A stretch of DNA of 59,345 bases, counting the filler, from Chloroflexota bacterium (lineage in GTDB: Bacteria; Chloroflexota; Chloroflexia; QHBQ01), in NCBI GenBank assembly GCA_043754535.1. It is 5 parts of 5 records of this genome, joined end to end, with 100 filler letters (N's around TTAATTAATTAA, not from the genome) between each part and the next. Parts side by side here need not be neighbours in the genome. Positions count along the whole stretch, not along the records: positions 1 to 3,484 come from JAYUUN010000086.1; positions 3,585 to 14,053 come from JAYUUN010000087.1; 3 more parts are not named here. One strand, 5' to 3'. Under the pieces are notes generated by a model that saw only the letters and a program-made list of their open reading frames with translations, was not told the DNA's origin and made no database searches. The translations under genes and the position numbers were made by a program. Shown piece after piece: positions 1 to 8,970 of the stretch; position 1 is the stretch's first letter; every line of letters begins with the position of its first letter.

Positions 1-357
1 ATCGAGGCGGCCTTCAACGCGGGCGCGATCCTCGGTCTGGACAGCAGCCAGTGCGCCAGCCTCGGCACGCCTGGACGCTGCTTCGGCCCCAACCAGAACA
101 TCACCCGCGCCCAAGTAGCGGCTATCGTGCTACGTTCGCGCCAGTACGCGGTCGCCACCCCGGCCAGCGGGCAGACCTTCCAAGACGTGCCGCGCAACTA
201 CTTTGCGTTCGCAGCCATCGAGACGCTGGCAAACCGGAGCATCATCCTTGGCAACACCTGCGCCAGCGGGAATGGCCTCTGCTTCCGACCCAACGACAAC
301 ATCCGGCGCGGCGAACTCTCGGCAGTAACGCGCCGGGCGATCCAGTCGGCCCCTTAA
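1..357 (+). CDS. C-terminal SLH (S-layer homology) region of a surface protein, 5' truncated by window edge
   Basis: Frame 1 is open from base 1: IEAAFNAGAILGLDSSQCASLG..CFGPNQNITRAQVA..FQDVP..CFRPNDNIRRGELS..*. SLH motifs (FxDV, ITRAQ, RRGE) match the other SLH modules in the window. Confidence 0.9.
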   Translation: MEAAFNAGAILGLDSSQCASLGTPGRCFGPNQNITRAQVAAIVLRSRQYAVATPASGQTFQDVPRNYFAFAAIETLANRSIILGNTCASGNGLCFRPNDNIRRGELSAVTRRAIQSAP

Positions 358-373
358 CCAGCACCACAATCGC

Positions 374-406
374 TGCGCCTCAAGCTGACTATCGGCTTGA
401 GGCGCA
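374..406 (+). terminator. Hairpin after SLH gene, probable terminator
   Basis: TGCGCCTCAAGC...GCTTGAGGCGCA 12-bp inverted repeat starting 17 nt after the stop; weak U-tract. Confidence 0.55.
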
Positions 407-483
407 CTGTCATTTCCGCTTTGCTGGCACGTTCACTTCGCCGTCTGCCCAACTTCGGCTCATCTGGTAAGTGGTTTGATACT

Positions 484-699
484 CTAACACCTCGTCGTGC
501 GCTTCAGCCGTATCAAGTAGTGCCGCACCTCGCTATTACAGCCTTCTATCGTGTGTGTGTCCCGCTCACCAATACTTAGCTGGTGTAGCCCCGGCTACGC
601 GATGGTCTGGTATGCTTTCCACCCATCCGAGTAGTAGCCATCGGCTTTGGGTAAGGCTGTGATTACATCCTACATGTTCCATGTGGGGCACACCAGCAC
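484..699 (-). pseudogene. IS1-family transposase (InsB/DDE) relic
   Basis: Manual minus-strand translation: ..TWNM*DVITALPKADGYYSDGWKAYQTIA*PGLHQLSIGERDTHTIEGCNSEVRHYLIRLKRTTRC*. YYSDGW.AY and T.TIEG.N..RHY..RL.R.TRC are IS1 DDE motifs. In-frame TAG stops. Not in ORF track. Confidence 0.75.
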
Positions 700-800
700 C
701 TACTACCTTGCTATGTGCGTGAGCCACCATCTAGCAAGGATTGTGAAGCTGACCTCGCTAAGGCGACTTAGCTTTAGCTCTCCTCACGCCGATGAGCAGC

Positions 801-844
801 AAAAAGGAGCGGGCCGACCCATCCGGGCTGGCGACCGCTCCTTT
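801..844 (-). terminator. Intrinsic terminator for minus-strand ORF 857-1132
   Basis: AAAGGAGCGG...CCGCTCCTTT inverted repeat; the A-run reads as a U-tract on the minus strand. Confidence 0.6.
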
Positions 845-856
845 GGTTTGTGGTTA

Positions 857-1132
857 CTACGCTGCACGCCGACGGTAGTTGCTCCACACCTCAGCCATCA
901 CGCTGGTGTGGCACGCACCGCTGCGGCAGTAGCAACCAAACTGCTGATACCGCTGCATCGCACGCACGAATGCTGCCCTGAAGCCAGCGTCAGCATTCAG
1001 CCTGCGCGGCAGGTAGACGCGGTAGCAGGTGAGCGTCGCCCCACCTGTGTAGTGCAACTGCTGGCACTCTGGGCAGAGGTGTTCTGCACCTGCTTCCGCT
1101 CTCGTCGGCCTGCGCGTAGCGGCGACCGTCAC
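857..1132 (-). CDS. Small Cys/His-rich hypothetical protein, possibly 5' truncated
   Basis: CPEC, CYC..C.H motifs; followed by a terminator; start is uncertain because it abuts the SLH cassette. Confidence 0.5.
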   Translation of the reverse strand: MTVAATRRPTRAEAGAEHLCPECQQLHYTGGATLTCYRVYLPRRLNADAGFRAAFVRAMQRYQQFGCYCRSGACHTSVMAEVWSNYRRRAA

Positions 1133-1732
1133 CCCACCTGCACAACTTCGTTCACCGACGTTGGCAACAGCAGTATCTTCTACAGTGACATCCTGTTCCT
1201 TGCCTGTCGCAGCGCGATCAGCGGCTTCCCCAATGGCGACGGCAGCTTCCGCTTCGAGCCAAACAGCAATACCACTCGCGGCCAGTTCGCCAAGATAGCG
1301 GTGCTGGGCTTTGGCCTGGCTAGCTACACCCCGACCACGCCAACCTTCGGCGACGTGGTGGCTAGCAGCGTGTTCTACCCGTATGTGGAAGCAGCCTACC
1401 GGGTGGGAGCAATTACTGGTCTGAGTGCAGCGCAGTGCGCCGTCCTGGGGCTGGTGGCCCCCTGCTATGGCCCGAACGTGGCGATCAGCAGGGTAGAGGC
1501 AGCGGTGATCGTGCAGCGGATCAGCAACTACCCGCCGTTCGTGCCAGCCGGGCCGAGCTTCAGCGACGTGCCAGCCGCAGCGTTCGGCTACGCCGCGGTG
1601 GAGGCTTTGGCGAACCGCAGCATCATCGCGGGAGCGGCCTGTGGCAGCAGCCGCTGCTTCCGGCCCAACGCAGCGATCCGGCGTGGTGAACTGAGCAAGG
1701 TGGTACGACGAGCCATTAGCGTGCTACCTTAA
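1133..1732 (+). pseudogene. Orphan triple-SLH cassette without signal peptide or passenger domain
   Basis: PTCTTSFTDVGNSSIFYSDILFLACRSAISG..TTRGQFAKI..CFRPNAAIRRGELSKVVRRAISVLP*. The upstream part of ORF 647-1732 is antisense to the IS1 relic, the terminator and ORF 857-1132, so it is not credible coding sequence. Confidence 0.75.
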
Positions 1733-1756
1733 GCGGTACCCTGCTGAGAAGGTTGC

Positions 1757-1786
1757 AAGGTAAAGGTAAAGGTAAAGGTAAAGGTA
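1757..1786. repeat. (AAGGTA)5 tandem repeat
   Basis: Five perfect hexamers in intergenic DNA. Confidence 0.9.
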
Positions 1787-2048
1787 ACGTCCCTTAATGT
1801 TAACATCTTCGTGAAATAAGATGTCAAGCATCACTGCTCTTACCACACAGCTATTACTATCTCCCTCTCCTCGTTCCTGCCTGAGCTTGTCAGCAGCGTT
1901 TAATAGCGGCTACACCGAAAGCGTGAGTACGACCAGCCTACTGGCTGATCTACCCACGCTTTTTGTTTTGCTCTACGGCTTCCCCTCTCCTCAACCTCTC
2001 TTGTACTCAACCCCTTTCACCCCACCGCCAGCAAAGGAGGCCACGCAG

Positions 2049-2382
2049 ATGTCCGAACTGACCAGCAACCGGCGGCGCGGTCGCCCACACAAGGTCACGT
2101 CGCAGCAGATGGCACCGTCGGTTGACGAACATCCACTCATGTCGAGCGAGCCGACCGAGGCAGAACTAGAAGGCGTTGATGCTGCCACCCTTGAGGGACT
2201 AGACCTACACGCAGGGCAAGCGGCAGAAAGCGGCAGCACCGATGCCGTTAGCCTCTACCTGCGCGAGATCAGCCGCACCGCGCTGCTCACCCATGAGCAG
2301 GAGACCCACTTGGCTATCCGTAACAATCAGGGCCGATCAGCTCGCCTGGCAGCAACTCGTGCAGGCCAATCTACGGCTGGCG
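2049..2382 (+). pseudogene. Group 1/2 sigma-70 factor 5' fragment (regions 1.2-2.1), frameshifted and truncated
   Basis: AAAGGAGG RBS, ATG 2049. DAVSLYLREISRTALLTHEQETHLA (region 1.2) continues after one extra C at ~2333 as DQLAWQQLVQANLRL (region 2.1), then homology ends. Confidence 0.85.
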
Positions 2383-2562
2383 GCAACCGGCCAGCCAGCC
2401 GGTGGAGGCGATGATCGTGGTCTTGCCAGAAGCGGAAGGGCCGAGGTTGCGACGGGTGTCGATCAGGATGGTCATCACGCCGTCAGGGTTGACGGCAATC
2501 AGGCAGTTGTTACTGGTGGCGGCAAGCTGCTGGCGGATCTGCGGGTCGAGTTGGGTGTTCAT
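2371..2562 (-). pseudogene. Small conserved hypothetical protein, apparently 3' truncated
   Basis: AAGGAG RBS, ATG 2562. ..MTILIDTRRNLGPSASGKTTIIASTG resembles a widespread small 'GPSxSGKTxxIAST' family, but the expected C-terminal part is replaced by antisense sigma sequence. Confidence 0.6.
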
Positions 2563-2750
2563 GGGTTCGCTCCTTGTACTTTGGTGTCGGCAGGCTTGCT
2601 CACCCACCGCACTGCTCATGCAGGCCGCCGCAGGCAAGGCGGTACTTGGCCTTGCCCGGTGGCCCAGCAGCAGCTTGTCACGCTGGGGATTGTCATGGCG
2701 GTAAAGCTGTGCTATAATTACAGTAGCATAGAAGTAGCGGGGTTATTAGA

Positions 2751-3484
2751 ATGAGGCAGCTAGATGACCAGCAGACAGCGGTCAGCACCACGATCAACAC
2801 CGATGGCGGTGCTGCGATCAGTGGTGGCCGCTTCGACTCCGCTGGTGGGCAGCTTGTCGCAGGTGGCGTGGGCTATGACCAACGCTACAGCAACATCTAT
2901 CTCAGCCCCGACCAGCTAGCCGAAAGCTGGCGCGTGCATGGCCTGATCCCCAACCCCTACCCCGGTCTGCGCCACTTCAACGAGACCCACTATGTCGAAG
3001 GTCGACCCGACCCGCCCACTTTTGGCCGCACCGCTGCGGTGGAGAGAGCTATCAGCCTGCTCACCCCTCAAGCTGGCATTCCCGTGCTGCTCTTTGTGAC
3101 CGGGGCTTCGGGCAGCGGCAAGTCATCATTCGTTCGGGCCGGTTTGCTCCCTTATTTGGGCAAGCACTACGCCCGTCGCTTCCACAAGCTCGTCTTTGCC
3201 AGCTTCCGCCCCGGCAGTCGCCCGCTGGCCGGGCTGACCGATGCACTGGCCCAACTGGGGCTGACTGACGAGTTTGGCGATAGCGATTTTCTGACCAGCC
3301 CCGCTACCTTCTGGCAGTATGTGCAGGCTAACACCCCGCGCAAGAGTGTCAGCCAGCAAGGGCAGATCAACTTTGTGCTGATCGACCAGTTTGAGGAACT
3401 CTTTACCCAGGCGGATGCCAGCCAGCGCGACTTCCTGCTGACCCTGCTGACTGAGCCGCCCAGCTTCAAGGATTGTCGCACCCA
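2751..3484 (+). CDS. nSTAND1-type (NLR-like) P-loop NTPase, 3' truncated at contig end
   Basis: NPYPGL..F..FGR, Walker A GASGSGKSS + VRAGLLP, RPG.RP, Walker B VLIDQFEELFT; TGcTATAAT extended -10 at ~2710. Confidence 0.85.
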
Positions 3485-3584
3485 NNNNNNNNNNNNNNNN
3501 NNNNNNNNNNNNNNNNNNNNNNNNNNNNTTAATTAATTAANNNNNNNNNNNNNNNNNNNNNNNNNNNNNNNNNNNNNNNNNNNN
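3485..3584. other. Artificial contig linker
   Basis: N-run + TTAATTAATTAA (stops in all frames) + N-run, 100 bp. Confidence 0.98.
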
Positions 3585-4064
3585 GACCTGGTAAGCCTGC
3601 TGCTGGGCTTCAGTAGTAGCCTGGGCAACAGCTTGGGCCGTGCCTTGTGCAATGCTGACCGCAGTGCCAGTAGCTGCTGCTACTGCCGCTGCTGCTGTGC
3701 CAGTCGCGGCCTTGATCGGAGCTTCAGCGGTCTGGGCCGCCAACACCTGGCGGGAGTACACTGAACCAGCGTCCGCTACCTGCCACTTGTTACCCACTTT
3801 GCTCATCAACATCCGGGGGTAGACAAGGTCTTGGAAATCTTGTTCGTCACTGCGCTTGGCCTTGAAGCTCACCTCGGTGGTGGCGGTCATCACTGCCTGT
3901 TCTAGCACCTTGATGTTGATGTCCTTCATCGCGAACAACATGGCTGGGTAGCGCAGGTTGATGTACTGACTGACTACCGGCTTGAGGTCATCCTCCAACC
4001 CGCCGCAAGCAACCAGCACCACCATGAGGGCCGCCAGCACCAATCCCACTCTCTGCTTCACCAC
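3585..4064 (-). CDS. Lipoprotein, 3' truncated
   Basis: Signal peptide with lipobox LVAC-GG; Ala/Thr-rich ATGTA repeats; TTGCAC-17-TATAAT promoter upstream. Confidence 0.8.
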
Positions 4065-4526
4065 TACTTTTCTCCATGTTTGTTGTTGAGCGTCGTTCGT
4101 CTATGTCTCTCGCGCCGTCCTGCCAATGCTTACACCGCAACCATGAACGTGGTCATATTATACTTGATGCTGCTTGTGTGTGCAACCAGTAAACGCAAGG
4201 TGGCGTGTACACTGATCGGCCTGCGAGGGTGGAGTGTTACTAGACTGCGGGCCGCTGGCACCTGGTTAGCTGTTGTGAAGTGCCAACGCTGAATAAGGTG
4301 TACCAAGGCTATTGTTAGCTCCAGATTGGCAAAGCCCATCCCGCAGCGGCCACTCAAGCCGGAGACGACGGCGGGGCGGCGATAGACGATGGCTCAACCC
4401 CTCAAGCTACGGCTGATCCCACCGTCGAAACCGATGCAGAAGGCAACCCAGGTCCGCCGCCGTTCGACTGGGTGGCGATGCTGGGGACGATGGGTGGGCG
4501 GCTAAAAGCGCAACCACTCCCCCCTG

Positions 4527-5066
4527 TTGAGTCTAGCAGCAGTGCTGCTGCTCAATACCCTAGTTGCCAGCTACTTCCGACGGCTGACCAAAGCCCAAAA
4601 GCGGGCAGCCGAGACCGTCGGTGAGCGCAGCCGCACCTACCTGGTGACGATGCCTCGGGAGGTGGATCTGCCCACCAGCCGGGCGGGTAACTTCTGGCGG
4701 GGGGCAGCTTCGCCGATGCAGGCTGATCGTGGGGGCCGCTGGCACGCCACCGCCCCGCACCTGATCTGGACGCAAGCCACCAGCCTCGTCACCTACCCCG
4801 CCGCCCACTATCTGACCATCGTGGGTGACGACGAGGTGCAGGCGGCAGTGCTGGCCCAACTGACCAGCTTGCACGAAGATTTGCAAGTGCTGGCAAAGGA
4901 AGGGGAACAAAACCCCTTCAACCTCCCACCCCCAAGCGGGGGGGTGATCAAGCACCTTGAACTGTGGCTAGCTGGCCCGGTTTACCTGCCGCTGAAAACC
5001 GCCTTCGAGGCCGGAGACGATCCGCTGGCCGCCTTCTTCAACCTGGCGACCGCTGGGAGGGACTAA
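4527..5066 (+). CDS. N-terminal segment of the coupling-protein gene (frameshifted from 5078-7456)
   Basis: YLPLKT.F..DDPLAAFFNL reads into GLTQLTMSLVLRP of the next frame if one G is added near 5055; a further likely shift at the C6 run 4519-4524. Confidence 0.6.
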   Translation: MSLAAVLLLNTLVASYFRRLTKAQKRAAETVGERSRTYLVTMPREVDLPTSRAGNFWRGAASPMQADRGGRWHATAPHLIWTQATSLVTYPAAHYLTIVGDDEVQAAVLAQLTSLHEDLQVLAKEGEQNPFNLPPPSGGVIKHLELWLAGPVYLPLKTAFEAGDDPLAAFFNLATAGRD

Positions 5067-5077
5067 CCCAGTTGACG

Positions 5078-7456
5078 ATGAGCCTGGTGCTGAGGCCAGA
5101 GGACGACTTCGGGCCGGAAGCAGACGCGGCCATCCAGGCCACCCGCCAAGCGGAGGCGCAGAAGCAGGCGGCGGTGCGCTCCCGCCTCTCCCGCGAGCAG
5201 GTGAGTCTGATCGAGCAGAAGCGGCGCGAGTCCAAGACGACCTGGGCGGGGATCGTGCGGGTGGCGGCCTGGGGCGAGGAGCGGGAGGTGAACCGACGAC
5301 TGGCCGCGGTAGCCGCCAGCCTGGCGGCCACCTTCGCGCAAGCAGGCGGCAACCAGTGGCAGAGCGGCAGCATCCAGGCGGGCAGTGGCGGCCTCGGCTA
5401 CCCGGTCGGCTTCGAGCGGATCGGCGGGTTGGTACCGAGTGAGCTTGAGAACCTCGGCCACGTGGTAGACGCGAAGCTGGTGCGCGAGATCGCCAGCAGT
5501 GGGGCAAAGGACAAGCGGCCACCGGCGAACATGATCATCAGTGAGCGGGTGCCGCTGGTGAAAGGGGTGCCGGTCTACCAGGTGCCGCGTCGTGCTTTTG
5601 GCTATCGCCCGGAGGAGTACGACTACAACCAGATGATCCCCTTCGGCTGGCGACCGAACGCCGACGGTAAGACGGCGCGGGTGATCGGCATCCCCCTGAA
5701 GTTCTTTCGAATGCACGGCTGGTTCCTCGGCCCGACGCGGTCGGGCAAATCCTGGCTGATCGCTTACCTGACCCTGTGGCTGGCGCGGCAAGGGTTCAAC
5801 GTGGTAGTGATGGAGCCTTCGGGGGACATCAACGCCGACATCATGCTGCGACTAGGCCCGGAAGATTGGGAACGGGTGGTGTTCGTCAAGCCTGACCTCT
5901 TGGATCGCTGGGGGCTGTACGCCAGTCTCAATCCATTGGCGATGGAGCGGCCCGACGAGGAAGCAGCCACGCAAAGTGAGGTGGTGGGGGTATTCGCCAG
6001 CCTGAACGGTGGCGACTTGGAGAACACCCCCCGGATGTCCTCGATCCTCAATGCCTGCTCGATGACGCTCCTGGAAGCCGACCCGGAAGCGACCTTCTAC
6101 TCGATGTTCATGATCCTGACCTCAGAACCCTACCGCACCAAAGTTTTGGGTGGCAACGTCAAGGAAGGTGGCAGCGCGAAGAACATCCGCAACCCGCAAC
6201 TGCGGGCCTGGTGGGAGAACGTGTTTCCCACCATCCCCCAGAAGGAATGGGAGAACCAAATCCAACCGCTGCTCAATCGGCTGAACAACATGATGATGAA
6301 CCCGTTTGCCAACGCAATGTTCAGCGACCCGCACTCCTCCCTCAACTTCCGCGCCCTGATGGACAAAGGCAGCCTGATCCTGATCACGTTGCCGGGAGCT
6401 GGTGATCCGAAGAACAGTGACGACCCTGTTACCTCGGCCCTGTCGAAGCTGTACTTCATGCGGGGGCTGGCGGCAGCGATGGATCGGGTAGACGACATAG
6501 ACGAGCGGGAGGAGCGACCGCAGACCTTCTGGTTCGGCGACGAGGCGCAGGCGGTGATCGGGCGCAAGTCGGCCAGCCTGATGAACAAGCTGATCGCGCA
6601 GGCAGCGAAGGCAGGCCTCTCCTTCTTCGCGGCCAACCAGGTGCCGTCGCAGCTTGACGGTGAGGCTCTGGACATCCTGACCGGCCAGACCGGGGTCAAC
6701 GTCTCTTTCGCGGCTAACAAGGAGGAGATCGCGCAGTGGGTGGCGGCGCAGGCGATGATGAAAGAGGTCAACTGGTACGACCTCTTGAACATCCGTCGCT
6801 ATAGCATCTACCTGAAGGCCGAGGTTGCTGATGTGAAGCGGGTGGTACAGGTCAAGACCTTCCCCTTGCCTGACCCCTACCCCTTGCCTCAACCAAGCGG
6901 CCAACACGACGAAGCTAGCTGCTACCGGGCAGCAGGCGTGACCTGGCCCTGCACGTATCAGGCAGCGGCGGAAGCCGGGGGCAAAGAACGGCCAGCGAAA
7001 CCGATCAAACCCCTGCAAGGGCCGGAGGACATAGAACTTAAGCAGCTGGTGGCAGCCTGCGAGGTCTGGATGCGGGCGAAGATGGCGACTTTTGCCAGCC
7101 GAGGGTTTGGTGAACGTGACGCAGAGCGGGTGTTGTTCGACCAGGCGATGAGTGAGCTAGTGGCCGCCACAGACCGCGAGTGGCAGGCGAGCGAGGCTCT
7201 GGTCTACGCCCCGATGAGAGCGCGGGCGGCCTACATCCGACAGTACCCTGAGACTGTTGCGCATTATGGACAGAAGGCGATGCACGTGATGTACGCCTCG
7301 GCCCTGCAACATCATCGGGTGGTGCTGCTGGGTCGGGCGGCCAACGCCCGCAAGCTGCAAACCCGCCATCCAGGTGAGGGGCTGCCGGTGTACGACGATG
7401 ACGATGACGATCTGGCTCTGGTCGAGCAGGCGGTCGCGGAGCGGAAGGGGAAGTAA
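5078..7456 (+). CDS. VirD4/TraG-like type IV coupling ATPase (HerA/FtsK clan)
   Basis: H..FLGPTRSGKS Walker A, VVVMEPSGD, LNPL, PRM..IL, FWFGDEAQ Walker B, K.GLS..AANQ..SQL. Confidence 0.85.
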   Translation: MSLVLRPEDDFGPEADAAIQATRQAEAQKQAAVRSRLSREQVSLIEQKRRESKTTWAGIVRVAAWGEEREVNRRLAAVAASLAATFAQAGGNQWQSGSIQAGSGGLGYPVGFERIGGLVPSELENLGHVVDAKLVREIASSGAKDKRPPANMIISERVPLVKGVPVYQVPRRAFGYRPEEYDYNQMIPFGWRPNADGKTARVIGIPLKFFRMHGWFLGPTRSGKSWLIAYLTLWLARQGFNVVVMEPSGDINADIMLRLGPEDWERVVFVKPDLLDRWGLYASLNPLAMERPDEEAATQSEVVGVFASLNGGDLENTPRMSSILNACSMTLLEADPEATFYSMFMILTSEPYRTKVLGGNVKEGGSAKNIRNPQLRAWWENVFPTIPQKEWENQIQPLLNRLNNMMMNPFANAMFSDPHSSLNFRALMDKGSLILITLPGAGDPKNSDDPVTSALSKLYFMRGLAAAMDRVDDIDEREERPQTFWFGDEAQAVIGRKSASLMNKLIAQAAKAGLSFFAANQVPSQLDGEALDILTGQTGVNVSFAANKEEIAQWVAAQAMMKEVNWYDLLNIRRYSIYLKAEVADVKRVVQVKTFPLPDPYPLPQPSGQHDEASCYRAAGVTWPCTYQAAAEAGGKERPAKPIKPLQGPEDIELKQLVAACEVWMRAKMATFASRGFGERDAERVLFDQAMSELVAATDREWQASEALVYAPMRARAAYIRQYPETVAHYGQKAMHVMYASALQHHRVVLLGRAANARKLQTRHPGEGLPVYDDDDDDLALVEQAVAERKGK

Positions 7457-7500
7457 GGCCATGCTACATACCGCTACTACAGCACAGAAAGGAGAGAGCA

Positions 7501-7773
7501 ATGCAAGACGATCAGGAGGTAGGTTGGCAAGAGCAGGTAAGGGAGTGGATGGCATACTGGTGGCTCGGTGCTTCCCTCTCACCATCCTGGTACCCGCCGA
7601 GGGGGTTCTTCATCTGGCGCAGCCTGAGCGATCCCGCCGCAGGGTGGCCGCGCACCTTTGCTGCTGCTGGTGATCGCGGGCGCAGGGGTGACGGTTTTGG
7701 TCAAGCGCAGCTTGGATGCCGAGCCATAGCCAAAAAGGGCAATTGTTTCCCTTTTTGGCACCGAGGACGCTAA
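7501..7773 (+). CDS. Small hypothetical protein
   Basis: Strong GAAAGGAG RBS before ATG; no recognisable motif. Confidence 0.4.
   Translation: MQDDQEVGWQEQVREWMAYWWLGASLSPSWYPPRGFFIWRSLSDPAAGWPRTFAAAGDRGRRGDGFGQAQLGCRAIAKKGNCFPFWHRGR
7729..7759. repeat. Perfect 11-bp inverted repeat upstream of relaxase (oriT or terminator candidate)
   Basis: GCCAAAAAGGG-caattgttt-CCCTTTTTGGC. Confidence 0.7.
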
Positions 7774-7966
7774 CGACCACCGCCGCCCGCCCTGCTGGCA
7801 AGCCTTGCCGAGTGTAGGTAGGAGTGTAGGTACAGGTGAGGGTACTTGGGGATTGGCTATGTAGCAATCGGTTACAGATTGTACCAGACCATTCCCCTCT
7901 GTGATAAGGGTAGGCTGCTAGCGGAGAACGGAGAGTTGGCAAGAGAGGGTAGAAAGAGAGTAAGCA

Positions 7967-8941
7967 ATGGTAGAGACGAGCAAGGTGGTACAGACAAAGG
8001 CAGTGCAGACAACGACGAACAAGCCAAGAGGTAGGATAAGGGTGCTAAAGGAAGCAGGGAGGAAGGTCAGCCAGAGCGAACTGAGCGCAGCGATCCGGCA
8101 GGTGGGTCTGGGCAAGCGCGAGGTGATGATCCTACAGATGGTCTGCGTACACAGCTTGCTCAGTTCGAGCCAGATCGTGCGGTTGGTGTGCCGCGATTTG
8201 GCAAAGGTAGGTAGTGACGGCACGATGCAGCCAGGCCACCAGTCGCGGACGGCTCTCAAGGTACGCGACGAGAGGCTTCTCAGGTTGGTCGAAGGTGAGT
8301 TCCTGCGGCGGGCATGGCTACCAGGTCATCTTCCTTACTACTGGCTGGGGCCGTTGGGCATAGCCTGGGCGAAGGCGCAAGGGATCGAGATCGTCACGGC
8401 CAACCTGGCAGCGGTCGAGCATACGCTCATGGTAGCGGACTTTATGACGTGGGTGATCGAGGAAACCGCGAGATTGGGCGGGCAGGCCGAGTGGTCGAGC
8501 GAAGCCGAGTTGGGCAACTGGCGGGCGAAGGCGCGACCCGACGCTGAGGCAGTGGTCGAGGCGGCAGGCGTGAAGCTGCGGTTTGCGGTGGAGATTGACC
8601 GCCGCACGATGTGGAAGGGAAGATTGAAGAAGAAAGTCAAACAGTACGAGACAGAGCGTGAACGCGGCCAGGCGGTTAGCCAAGTCTTGCTGGTGACGAC
8701 TGCCCCAGCGCGTTACCTACCGACTATCCTCCGCGCCCTCCTGGAGCAGCAGACGCAGAGCAAGCAGCAGGCAGTCAACTGGTTCGTGACCGCGACTGAG
8801 CTAACCCGCCCCTATCAGCAGGGCCTAAACGACCGCCATGCTGGGGTGTTGACCGCGCCGATCTGGTTCCGACCAAGTGGGGGCGAGCCGATCAGCTTGC
8901 TACCAAGTGGGCGCGGGGTAGTAGCACAAGGCGAGCAGTAG
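7967..8941 (+). CDS. Replication-relaxation (Replic_Relax) family protein
   Basis: wHTH-like N-part (RL.RL...YYWLGPLG), EHTLMVADF, RPDA, FAVEIDR.T PD-(D/E)xK-like motifs; adjacent to coupling ATPase. Confidence 0.8.
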   Translation: MVETSKVVQTKAVQTTTNKPRGRIRVLKEAGRKVSQSELSAAIRQVGLGKREVMILQMVCVHSLLSSSQIVRLVCRDLAKVGSDGTMQPGHQSRTALKVRDERLLRLVEGEFLRRAWLPGHLPYYWLGPLGIAWAKAQGIEIVTANLAAVEHTLMVADFMTWVIEETARLGGQAEWSSEAELGNWRAKARPDAEAVVEAAGVKLRFAVEIDRRTMWKGRLKKKVKQYETERERGQAVSQVLLVTTAPARYLPTILRALLEQQTQSKQQAVNWFVTATELTRPYQQGLNDRHAGVLTAPIWFRPSGGEPISLLPSGRGVVAQGEQ

Positions 8942-8970
8942 GAACAAGTAGAAAGAGGCAAGAACGCAAA

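Noticed and set aside
647..1132. N-terminal 160 aa of ORF 647-1732
   Set aside because: No signal peptide; overlaps an antisense IS1 relic, a terminator and another ORF
1757..1786. (AAGGTA)5 as a phase-variation switch
   Set aside because: Intergenic, downstream of a defunct gene, not placed between recognisable promoter elements
2651..2664. Partial similarity of CRISPR spacer 2 (CTTGCCCG..GTGGCC) to this site
   Set aside because: Short and gapped; expected by chance in GC-rich DNA
3485..3584. TTAATTAATTAA palindrome within N-runs, four times
   Set aside because: Artificial contig spacer with stops in all frames, not biology; ORFs running into it are truncated
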